A DNA stretch of 64,000 nucleotides from Nitrospirota bacterium (GTDB taxonomy: Bacteria > Nitrospirota > UBA9217). The stretch's first letter is position 1; every line of letters starts with the position of its first letter. The position numbers were made by a program, and so were the translations under genes. The notes under the pieces were generated by a model. It saw only the letters and a program-made list of their open reading frames with translations, was not told the DNA's origin and ran no database searches. The DNA is taken from positions 32,001-96,000 of the forward strand of contig CAWFSF010000001.1 in the NCBI GenBank assembly GCA_963818475.1, read 5' to 3'. Of this stretch, positions 39,411 through 47,643 are shown piece by piece.

Positions 39411-41066
39411 ATGATCATGAAGAAGCTAGCAGTAGTGTTCACCGCAATCAGTTTGATGTTCGTTTCAATCACAGCCACGATGGTTTATGCCGCGCCAGCC
39501 GAGTTACCTAAAACCGGCCAGACAACGGTATATTCCGCAGGCGATGATGGAAGTCTCCAGATCGGCGCTGCCTGGCCCAGTCCACGGTTCATTGTGGCAA
39601 GCAGCGGCACCGGTACTGTGGTCACAGATGGGCTAACCGGCTTGATGTGGCCCCAAGACGGCGGCGGCGCTGGCTATCGGCCCTGGCAGAGCGCGCTTGA
39701 TTATGTCGCGGATTTGAATACAAATAATTACCTCGGCCACAACGACTGGCGGCTGCCTGATTTGAACGAGCTTGACAGCCTGTTAAATCAAAGTGAGCCG
39801 GATACCGCCGTCTGGCTGAATTCACAGGGATTTACTAACGTACATGCTAACGCGGCCTATTGGTCGTCCACTACGAATGGACTCAACACAACGACCGCAT
39901 GGGTATTTAATGTGTCCTACGGCTCCTGGTGGACGGCCGATAAGGTTAATAATGGTGCACATACCTGGCCTGTACGAGGCGGACATAATGAATACCCTTC
40001 AATCATCAATTTGCCGAAAACCGGGCAAACGACGGTTTATGCAGCGGGAGATAACGGCGATTTGCAAAAAGGCATTGCCTGGCCGAGTCCGCGGTTTACT
40101 CCGATAAGCGCGGTCAGCGGTACAGTGATGGCTGACCAGCTGACGGGACTTGTATGGAGCCAGGACGGCAACACCCCCGGCCCAGGTGTCTGCGGACCGG
40201 CTACAACCAAAACCTGGCAGGAAGCTCTGAACTACGTGGCCTGTCTTAATACGAACAGCTATCTTGGTTATGATGATTGGCGTTTGCCGAACAGGAGAGA
40301 GATTCGAAGTCTCGTAAACTATGGCGAATCAAATGTCGCCGCATGGCTAAACTCTCAGGGATTTACAAACGCACAGGCCGACATGTATTGGTCGTCCTCT
40401 ACGTATGCTTCTAGCTCGTTCGCACCGATTGTTAATATGAGTGATGGCTATATGACCATTAGCCAATACAGTGGCTCTTTCAACGTGTGGCCTATGCGAG
40501 GCGGGCAGTCTGAATCATTTGCTTATTTGACCATTTCGAAATCCGGCGCAGGCACAGGAACCGTCATTGCGGACAAAGGATTCATACTATGGTCCGGTGT
40601 TACGGGTACAGCTTCTTATGGTACGGCCATGACCGTGAATATCACAGCTGTGCCGGACCCGGGATGGGCTTTCGACGGCTGGTCTGGTGACTGCACGGGC
40701 ACAAGCACGTGCCAGGTGACCATGAATACTAGTCATTCCGTCACTGCTATCTTTGGCGTTCAACATACAATTACGGTAACAACACCGAATGGAGGCGAGA
40801 ATTGGACCAGGGGAACCACGCAAACCATAATGTGGTCATATACAGGCAATATTGGTTCCAGTGTGATGATTGAACTTCTGAAGGGAGGAGTGCTCGAAAG
40901 AACGATAGCATCGAGTACTTCGGTGGGGAGTAACGGTTACGGCTCATTCGCATGGACAATTACGAACGGGCAAACGGTGGGAAGCGATTATACGATTAGG
41001 GTTACAAGTATTTCTGAACTTACAACCACTGATAGCAGCGACGGGAATTTTACGATTTCAAAGTAG
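39411..41066 (+). CDS. Secreted protein: 2x DUF1566 (Lcl C-terminal-like), a beta-grasp bacterial repeat and a Ser/Thr-rich Ig-like C-terminal domain
   Basis: Signal peptide; repeated LPKTGQT..GD.G.LQ.G.AWPSPRF, D.LTGL.W, YLG..DWRLP, YWSS, WP.RGG; FDGWSGDCTG; PNGGENW. Confidence 0.88.
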   Translation: MIMKKLAVVFTAISLMFVSITATMVYAAPAELPKTGQTTVYSAGDDGSLQIGAAWPSPRFIVASSGTGTVVTDGLTGLMWPQDGGGAGYRPWQSALDYVADLNTNNYLGHNDWRLPDLNELDSLLNQSEPDTAVWLNSQGFTNVHANAAYWSSTTNGLNTTTAWVFNVSYGSWWTADKVNNGAHTWPVRGGHNEYPSIINLPKTGQTTVYAAGDNGDLQKGIAWPSPRFTPISAVSGTVMADQLTGLVWSQDGNTPGPGVCGPATTKTWQEALNYVACLNTNSYLGYDDWRLPNRREIRSLVNYGESNVAAWLNSQGFTNAQADMYWSSSTYASSSFAPIVNMSDGYMTISQYSGSFNVWPMRGGQSESFAYLTISKSGAGTGTVIADKGFILWSGVTGTASYGTAMTVNITAVPDPGWAFDGWSGDCTGTSTCQVTMNTSHSVTAIFGVQHTITVTTPNGGENWTRGTTQTIMWSYTGNIGSSVMIELLKGGVLERTIASSTSVGSNGYGSFAWTITNGQTVGSDYTIRVTSISELTTTDSSDGNFTISK

Positions 41067-41145
41067 CCCGTAAGTTGGGGGTAAGCGAGCGCAATTAATG
41101 GCATTTGCCGGGTCCGTGACGCTCTGATAATCTCAAACTTGATAG

Positions 41146-41188
41146 ACAGAAAAGGGGCAGATAGTTATCTGCCCCTTTTCTGTTTTTC
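41146..41188 (+). terminator. Rho-independent (probably bidirectional) terminator
   Basis: acagaaaaggggcagata-gt-tatctgccccttttctgt followed by Ts. Confidence 0.85.
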
Positions 41189-41289
41189 TGTCTTCCGCTG
41201 GTTTAAAGGAGATCCTTAGTGCTAAGTTAACAGTTTAGCCCTTTTAAAATGATAGAGCCAGACAGCGGATAGAAAACACAGCTCCTGTC

Positions 41290-41796
41290 TTGCAGTACAC
41301 TCCCTTAAATGGACAACCGCCGCATTTGGCTGTTAGTTTGAACCACACGTTCTACGACGCATACAACAGCCTGGGCGTGCTCTATTTTCAGCGCGGCGAT
41401 TACGATCAAGCATTAGATAGTTATGCAAAGTCCATTATTTCGAATCCCAATTTTTCACCAGCCTATAACAATCGCGGAATCATTTATTCCGGAAGAAAGC
41501 AGTATGAGGCTGCCGCCGGAGAGTATCGAACGGCCGTGGCGCTAGACCCGTTTTTTGTCGAAGCATACAACAATCTGGGAAATGCATACGATCTGATGGG
41601 AAAGACAGACCTTGCCATGGAAGAATATAATAACGCGCTCATGATAAATTCAAACTATGCAGATGCATATTTTAACAGGGGCCTGGTTTATTCACGAATG
41701 AATAAAGCCGGCCAAGCACAGCTCGATTTTCAAAGGGCGTGTGTTCTGGGATCTGCTAATGCTTGCCTGGCTTTAGAAAAAATCGTGATCCCCTAA
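41290..41796 (+). pseudogene. TPR-only ORF, probably the 5'-truncated tail of a TMTC-like gene
   Basis: AYNSLG, AYNNRG, AYNNLG, AYFNRG TPRs ending DFQRACVLG..AC; no convincing start or RBS. Confidence 0.65.
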
Positions 41797-41846
41797 CGTA
41801 GTCGTTGGATTGAATAAGACCAACAAGGATCAGAGGGTAGAGTAGT

Positions 41847-41990
41847 GATGCATTCGTAAAAAGTCTTTTAAGCGCTCTTTGCGAGCGTAGCGAGGCAATC
41901 TCGTAGTTCGTATCTATCTGTTAAGACGAGATTGCCGCGTCGCTCCGCGCCTCGCAATGACAGCACGGGAGACTTCTTTACGAATTCATC
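41847..41990. mobile_element. Nested palindromic MITE-like element flanked by 6-bp direct repeats (AGTAGT)
   Basis: Outer IR gatgcattcgtaaaaagtct / agacttctttacgaattcatc; inner ttgcgag..ggcaatctcgt / acgagattgcc..ctcgcaa; agtagt at 41841-41846 and 41991-41996. Confidence 0.8.
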
Positions 41991-42047
41991 AGTAGTACAC
42001 GTTTTATCTGAATAGTTGTCCGTTTTTTAGACTTACTATATGAAGGG

Positions 42048-43793
42048 CTAACGTCTATCGGGGGATTTATTGATTCCCCGATTTTTATTAATTACCGCAT
42101 TTAGTAAATCAAGCTGTTCCCGCGCTTCGACAAAATTAGGGTAATAGGTCAAAGCTGTCGTATAAGCGCGCACGGCTTCCTTAATACGACCCTGTTTAAC
42201 GTAAATATTTCCAAGTAACTGATACGCATAGGGAGAATTTTGCTTAAGTTGTATTGAGAAAAACAATGAACGTTCAGCATCCTCCAATCGTCCTTGTTCA
42301 TAATATATAGTCCCAAGATGATAATGAGGTAATGGAGATGCAAATGGCTCTAGTGAGACGGATGTCTCGAATTCCCTAACCGCTTCATCGTTATGATCCA
42401 GGTTGTAATATAGCAACCCCAGTTGATAATGTGGTAGGGCCTTGTTCGGGCTTTTATGGACCGTGTCTTGCCATAACGCCAACTCGGATTTCCACACGTT
42501 ATTTCTGGCAACAGTCGCAACAAATGCGCCGATAACAACCGTAATCATTATCAGTGTAATAAATCGATTTATGTGTGTGTACCTGCCCCATCGTGCTTGA
42601 ATTAATCCGAAACCACCGGCCATGGCGGTAAAAAAACCTATCGAAGGAAGATAGACCCGATGCTCAAATATGACGTCTTGAATTGGTATGATGCTTGATT
42701 CTACCGATAGTGTGATAAAAAACCAAAAAATTCCAAACGAGATCAAGCGGAACCAAAGCCTATTCAGAGGATCTCCCGCCGCTAATTCCAAGCGAGAACG
42801 AAATGCCAGATAGATGCCAACTGAAAAAATCGACAACAAAAGCAAAAACCGGGAAAAAACCTGAGGGTCAAGGAATGACGTAAAGGTAGGGTAATCGTAA
42901 TAAACGTTCTGATTCACAGGGAATATCAGCAATCTGATATAGGTCACAATGACACTAAGCTGAGTGAAAAGATAATGCTGGCGCGGCAGTGTCGTTTGGA
43001 GCCGGGATGCCTCATCCAAGGAGCGCAGCAAATTGCCTGAAGTGCCATAAATGGAAAGAAGCGCGAGCGGAATGATGAGCATGGCAAGAAAAAATGGGGT
43101 GAGATATAAAAATCTCTTATTGGGTTTCCCTTCAAAAAAAAGGAATTCGTAAGTGGCTATCACCAGCGGGAAGGTAAATGCCATTTCTTTTGTTTTCATG
43201 GAAAAAATGCTTGCGACGATAGCGATCAGATAATAAACAATAGCTTTTTTTCGCGACACGCGGCCTATCAATCTCGCCTGTACATAAGCCACGAGTGAAA
43301 GTAGGCACAATAGCGTGGCCAGTGATGTTAGTCTTTGTATAATATAGGTAACTGCCTGTGTCTGCACTGGATGGCTGACGAATAGAAGCGCAGCAAACGA
43401 CGCAGTAACAAGTCTGAGGCGCATTATAAAAGGATCGTCCGACAAGGCGAAGCCGGAGAAATACGGCGTTCTAAAGGTGAGCATCATGAGCCAGTATATC
43501 AAAATGGCATTCCCAAGGTGGATCACAAGATTAAAGACATGAAATCCGACAACAGTGAAACCGTGCAGTGAATAATTTAAAGCGAATGAGAGATAACCGA
43601 TAAAACGGTTATTTGTTCCAGCGGAATTAAATAGCAGTTGGGGATCTGATACCAATGGATTCATCAAAAGGCTCGACACATCGTCAAGCTGAAAAGGGAC
43701 GGTAAACGAGTTAGCGTATGATAAAAAGCCTATTACGACAATGAACGTCATTTGTACGAGGGGGCGGCTGAGAGAAGCTATAACTTTATTCAT
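42048..43793 (-). CDS. TMTC-like GT-C glycosyltransferase (putative protein O-mannosyltransferase) with C-terminal TPRs
   Basis: FQLDD, GFHVFNLVIH, LFVSHPVQTQAVTYIIQR, KTKEMA, EHRVYLPS, RNNVW then TPRs; many TM helices. Confidence 0.88.
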   Translation of the reverse strand: MNKVIASLSRPLVQMTFIVVIGFLSYANSFTVPFQLDDVSSLLMNPLVSDPQLLFNSAGTNNRFIGYLSFALNYSLHGFTVVGFHVFNLVIHLGNAILIYWLMMLTFRTPYFSGFALSDDPFIMRLRLVTASFAALLFVSHPVQTQAVTYIIQRLTSLATLLCLLSLVAYVQARLIGRVSRKKAIVYYLIAIVASIFSMKTKEMAFTFPLVIATYEFLFFEGKPNKRFLYLTPFFLAMLIIPLALLSIYGTSGNLLRSLDEASRLQTTLPRQHYLFTQLSVIVTYIRLLIFPVNQNVYYDYPTFTSFLDPQVFSRFLLLLSIFSVGIYLAFRSRLELAAGDPLNRLWFRLISFGIFWFFITLSVESSIIPIQDVIFEHRVYLPSIGFFTAMAGGFGLIQARWGRYTHINRFITLIMITVVIGAFVATVARNNVWKSELALWQDTVHKSPNKALPHYQLGLLYYNLDHNDEAVREFETSVSLEPFASPLPHYHLGTIYYEQGRLEDAERSLFFSIQLKQNSPYAYQLLGNIYVKQGRIKEAVRAYTTALTYYPNFVEAREQLDLLNAVINKNRGINKSPDRR

Positions 43794-44134
43794 TCCCGCT
43801 CATCCTCCTGCAAGGGAATCCCTGAAAATTCATACTTGTTGAAAGTGGTGCGATCATTTTGTGGGTCGCTCTGTAGGGTCCTCGTCTCGCCCTTCCTTTT
43901 ACGGTTCAAAGCAACGCAGCCATCCCGAGTTCCCAGGCTGCATGCCTTGTCCAGGAACGTATGAGTATGACAATAGCCGTGCCGGAGTTAAGAGGAACTG
44001 CATCCGATGCCAGGGGGGTTGATCTTATGGACAGTGAATCTCCGATATTTTGCGCGTGTCGTAATGAAACATTATCTCTTATTCCAGCGAATTGTGTCAA
44101 GAAAATTCAAATTTATTGAGCACTTTTAGCATAT

Positions 44135-44360
44135 CGTCGTGCCCATGTTTTTCCTCTCCGGCGCCATGTATCCGGTCTCATCCATGCCGCCTGCGCTCCG
44201 GCAGCTGCCTCATGTTAATCCGCTCACCTATGGCATCGACGAATGATATCCGGCGTTTCTTAGGTTGAAGTAACCTCTCAAGATAAGGCATTTTGCACGC
44301 CATTGCAAGAATGTAGATCGCACGACCCTGGGTTTTGTGATGAAACCTTTCTTTTAATTT
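44135..44360 (+). repeat. Diverged direct-repeat copy of the permease 3' region (36350-36458) and of the downstream motif (36854-36916)
   Basis: 44135-44241 reads VVPMFFLSGAMYPVSSMPPALRQLPHVNPLTYGID; 44285-44344 shares aaggcatttt..cacg..attg..tcgcacgaccctgg..tgtgatgaa. Confidence 0.85.
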
Positions 44361-44714
44361 GAACAAAGCTCTCCGGCTGTCGGCCCACATGGTCATAAGA
44401 ATTCTCAAAAAAAATTATCCATAGCGCCTTGACAATATCATTTTATCGGCTATATTTTGAACATAATTCTAAAGTTATAGCTTTAAACAATTGATTTATC
44501 ATTCTTTCAACAAGGCGGCGATATTTTCTTGTTATACCCGGAATATTTTACCGGAAATCGTTCATTTATCAATACGATAATGAAAACCAAAAATTTCTTG
44601 ATTCCCGCTTTAATCAGCGTGCCCGCTGTTGTGAAAAAATCTTTATGGCAAGTGGTTAATAAAGTTCCCAATAGTGCGAAATATATAGATCGTAATTCTG
44701 AAATGAGGTGTTCC

Positions 44715-44867
44715 ATGAATAAAATCTTGAATGCATTAATGGCATTGGCGTTCGTGGCAGGGGTGAGTCTGACGATAGTGCTTGGATTGGCCGCGTTTTC
44801 AAATTCTGATTCCCGACCTGCTCACAAACTAAATCCTACAACCGTGAAATGGTCCTATCAGAGATAA
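44715..44867 (+). CDS. 50-aa single-TM or signal-anchored small protein
   Basis: GAGGTG RBS; MNKILNALMALAFVAGVSLTIVLGLAAF... Confidence 0.55.
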   Translation: MNKILNALMALAFVAGVSLTIVLGLAAFSNSDSRPAHKLNPTTVKWSYQR

Positions 44868-45106
44868 CAATGTCATTATTGCTACGGCGGCCACCGAAGT
44901 CGCCGTAAAAGAAGCTTCCCGCCACATAACCATGGCATTCACCCGCAAATGCCAGAAACCCTGCTTACTGATTCCACGAAGAGTAAAAACCGTCCGACCT
45001 GAAAAACACCGCTGCAAAATTCCCTTGAGTTTTAACCGGTAAAATACTATTATGGTGCCTTGCAGCAACGGCATATTTACTTTTCCGCTATCAGAGGAGA
45101 CCATCG

Positions 45107-46138
45107 ATGTCCAGAGCAGACAGGTTTTTAAAAGCATGCAGACGCGAACCCGTTGACTGCACCCCCGTATGGATGATGCGCCAGGCAGGCAGGTATCTGC
45201 CGGAGTACCGCGAGATCCGGGCAAAGCATACCTTCCTCGAAATGTGCAAAACACCCGAGCTCGCCGCCGAGGTGACGGTCCAGCCCGTCCGGCGCTTCGA
45301 GATCGACGCAGCCATCATCTTCGCCGACATCCTGCTGCCGCTCGAACCCATGGGCATCGGCCTGGAGTTCGCCAAGGGCGAGGGACCGGTGATCCATAAC
45401 CCCGTGCGCACCATGGCGGATGTGGAGAAGCTCAAACCGATCGACTCGGCCAAATCCATCGACTACCTCATGACCGCCATCAAGATGGTGCTGAAGGAGC
45501 TGAACGGAAAGGTGCCGCTTATCGGCTTCTCGGGCGCGCCCTTCACCCTCGCCTCGTACATGATCGAAGGCGGCGGATCGCGGAACTACGAGCATGCCAA
45601 GGCCATGATGTTCGCGGAGCCGAAGGCCTGGCACAAGCTCATGGAGCATCTCACCGGCGTTATCATCAATTATATGGACGCCCAGATCGACGCAGGCGTG
45701 CAGGTCGTCCAGCTCTTCGACTCCTGGGTCGGCGCGCTCGGACCGGCCGACTACCGCGAGTTCGTGCTGCCCCACCAGAAGAACGTGATCGCCGGCATCA
45801 AGAAGACCGTGCCGCTCATCCACTTCGCCAATGGCGCAACCCACCTCCTCGAAATGGTGGCCGAGGCAGGCGGCGACGTCATCGGTCTCGACTGGCGCTG
45901 CAACCTTGACGAAGCCTGGAACCGCGTTGGGCACAACAAGGGCGTGCAGGGCAACATCGACCCCATCAGCCTCTTCGGAACAAAAGAGTTCATCCGGAAG
46001 CGCACCAAGGAGATCCTCGACCGGGCAGCAGGCAGGAACGGCCATATCATGAACCTGGGCCACGGCATCCTGCAGCAGACGCAGCTGGACCATGCTGCAG
46101 AGTTCATCAACGCGACGCATGAAATGAGCAAGCGGTAA
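45107..46138 (+). CDS. hemE: Uroporphyrinogen decarboxylase
   Basis: PVWMMRQAGRYLPEYR, AAIIFADIL, IGFSGAPFTLASY, QLFDSW, NLGHGI. Confidence 0.98.
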   Translation: MSRADRFLKACRREPVDCTPVWMMRQAGRYLPEYREIRAKHTFLEMCKTPELAAEVTVQPVRRFEIDAAIIFADILLPLEPMGIGLEFAKGEGPVIHNPVRTMADVEKLKPIDSAKSIDYLMTAIKMVLKELNGKVPLIGFSGAPFTLASYMIEGGGSRNYEHAKAMMFAEPKAWHKLMEHLTGVIINYMDAQIDAGVQVVQLFDSWVGALGPADYREFVLPHQKNVIAGIKKTVPLIHFANGATHLLEMVAEAGGDVIGLDWRCNLDEAWNRVGHNKGVQGNIDPISLFGTKEFIRKRTKEILDRAAGRNGHIMNLGHGILQQTQLDHAAEFINATHEMSKR

Positions 46139-46146
46139 AATCATTT

Positions 46147-46234
46147 GGACACGGATAACATCTGAAAAAGCGGATTTAGACTTACGTTCATGCAGTTCCG
46201 GCTTAATCCGATTTTTTCGTGCAAATCCGTGTCC
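46147..46234. repeat. Empty ACACGGAT-type inverted-repeat element between hemE and hemH
   Basis: ggacacggataacatctgaaaaagcggatt ... aatccgattttttcgtgcaaatccgtgtcc. Confidence 0.85.
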
Positions 46235-46247
46235 CATTTGCATTTCT

Positions 46248-47144
46248 ATGTCGAATCACACGGCAATCATACTCATCGCCCTGGGCGGGCCGCGATCGCT
46301 CGATGAGGTCGGCCCCTTCATGGCCGCCTTCATGGGCCGGCCGGCCCCTCCTCCTGTTGTTGCGGCAGTGATCGAACGCTACAAACTGATCGGCGGCAAG
46401 TCCCCGCTGCCCGAGCTCGTTCAAGCGCAGGCCCATGCCCTGGAAAAAGAACTGGGCAGCGGCTTTCGCGCCTATGAGGGTTTCCGGTACTCGGAACCGA
46501 CCGTTGCCGAATCATTTGATAAGGCCATCACTGACGGCGCACGGCGCGTGATCGCCCTTTCCATGTCCCCCTTCTCGACCGAGGTTACGACCGGCGCGTA
46601 TAAAAGCGCCTGTGACGGATTGGGAAGCGGCGAGACCTGCCCCCTCTTCATCCCCAGCTGGCATGACAATCCCCTCTTCATCGATGCCTGGGTTGAAAAG
46701 GTCGCCGCCGGCCTCGCACTGTTCCCGGCAGCATTACGCGATTCCGTTGTCGTCATCTTCACCAGCCACAGTATCCCTGTCCGCTATATCACTGCCGGAG
46801 ATCCCTATAAGAAGCAGATCGAGGAAACGGTCGGGCTGGTCGCTGCAAAAGCGGGAATACGGGAATGGCGCATTGCATGGCAGAGCAAGGGAGCGCGCGC
46901 GACCGAGCCCTGGATCGAGCCCGAGGTGGAGCCGACCCTGGACAAACTCGCCCAGGAAGGCCACAAAGCGGTCCTTGAAGTTCCGATCGGCTTCACCTGC
47001 GATCACATGGAGACCCTGTACGATATCGACATCGTGCACCGTGCGCACGCGAAAAAGCTGGGGATCGAGTTCGAGCGGGCCGAATCGCTGAACACTTCGC
47101 CGCTCTTTATCAAAGCACTGGCGGATGTAGTGAAAACCCTTTAA
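46248..47144 (+). CDS. hemH: Ferrochelatase
   Basis: RYKLIGGKSPL, FTSHSIP, GDPY, WQS, PIGFTCDHMETLYDID, SLNTSPLFI. Confidence 0.95.
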   Translation: MSNHTAIILIALGGPRSLDEVGPFMAAFMGRPAPPPVVAAVIERYKLIGGKSPLPELVQAQAHALEKELGSGFRAYEGFRYSEPTVAESFDKAITDGARRVIALSMSPFSTEVTTGAYKSACDGLGSGETCPLFIPSWHDNPLFIDAWVEKVAAGLALFPAALRDSVVVIFTSHSIPVRYITAGDPYKKQIEETVGLVAAKAGIREWRIAWQSKGARATEPWIEPEVEPTLDKLAQEGHKAVLEVPIGFTCDHMETLYDIDIVHRAHAKKLGIEFERAESLNTSPLFIKALADVVKTL

Positions 47145-47148
47145 TCTT

Positions 47149-47627
47149 TTGGACACGGATTCACACGGAAGAGGCGGATTTGAATCAAGGGCTTCTCGAT
47201 CATAGTTCAAACGACCTTACTGAGCAGGTATTAAAAGCCTTCTATAAGGTATACAATACTCTCGGGTATGGTTTTCTAGAAAAAGTTTATGTCAATGCGT
47301 TAATCTTAGAACTTAAGAAAATGTCTATTAATGTAGCGCCCCAGCACCCTATTCAGGTCCATTATGATGGCAGCCTTGTTGGGGAATACTACGCCGACCT
47401 CCTGATAAAGGATTGCATCATCGTAGAAGTTAAGGCCACGAAATCTCTCGCATTCGAGAACGAAGCCCAGCTCTTGAATTATCTAAAAGCTACGAACCTC
47501 GAAGTTGGATTGCTGCTGAACTTTGGGCCAAAACCAGAAGTAAGGCGCAAACTGTTTGACAACAACAAGAAATAGAGCTTTGCTTTTTAAATTTGTATCC
47601 GATTTTTCCGTGTTAATCCGTGTCCAA
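47149..47627 (+). mobile_element. Filled ACACGGAT-type inverted-repeat element carrying the GxxExxY gene
   Basis: 31-bp arms 47149-47179 and 47597-47627 match at 27 of 31 positions as inverted repeats; AT-richer interior. Confidence 0.75.
47180..47575 (+). CDS. GxxExxY protein (PD-(D/E)XK nuclease superfamily)
   Basis: LGYGFLEKVY, YYADLLI..IIVEVKA, AQLLNYLKAT, GLLLNFG; TTG start. Confidence 0.93.
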   Translation: MNQGLLDHSSNDLTEQVLKAFYKVYNTLGYGFLEKVYVNALILELKKMSINVAPQHPIQVHYDGSLVGEYYADLLIKDCIIVEVKATKSLAFENEAQLLNYLKATNLEVGLLLNFGPKPEVRRKLFDNNKK

Positions 47628-47643
47628 CAAAGGGGTTGAACTC

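Noticed and set aside
39411-41066. Diversity-generating retroelement targeting the DUF1566 protein
   Set aside because: No reverse transcriptase and no adenine-variant template repeat seen in the window; the two domains look like an old internal duplication.
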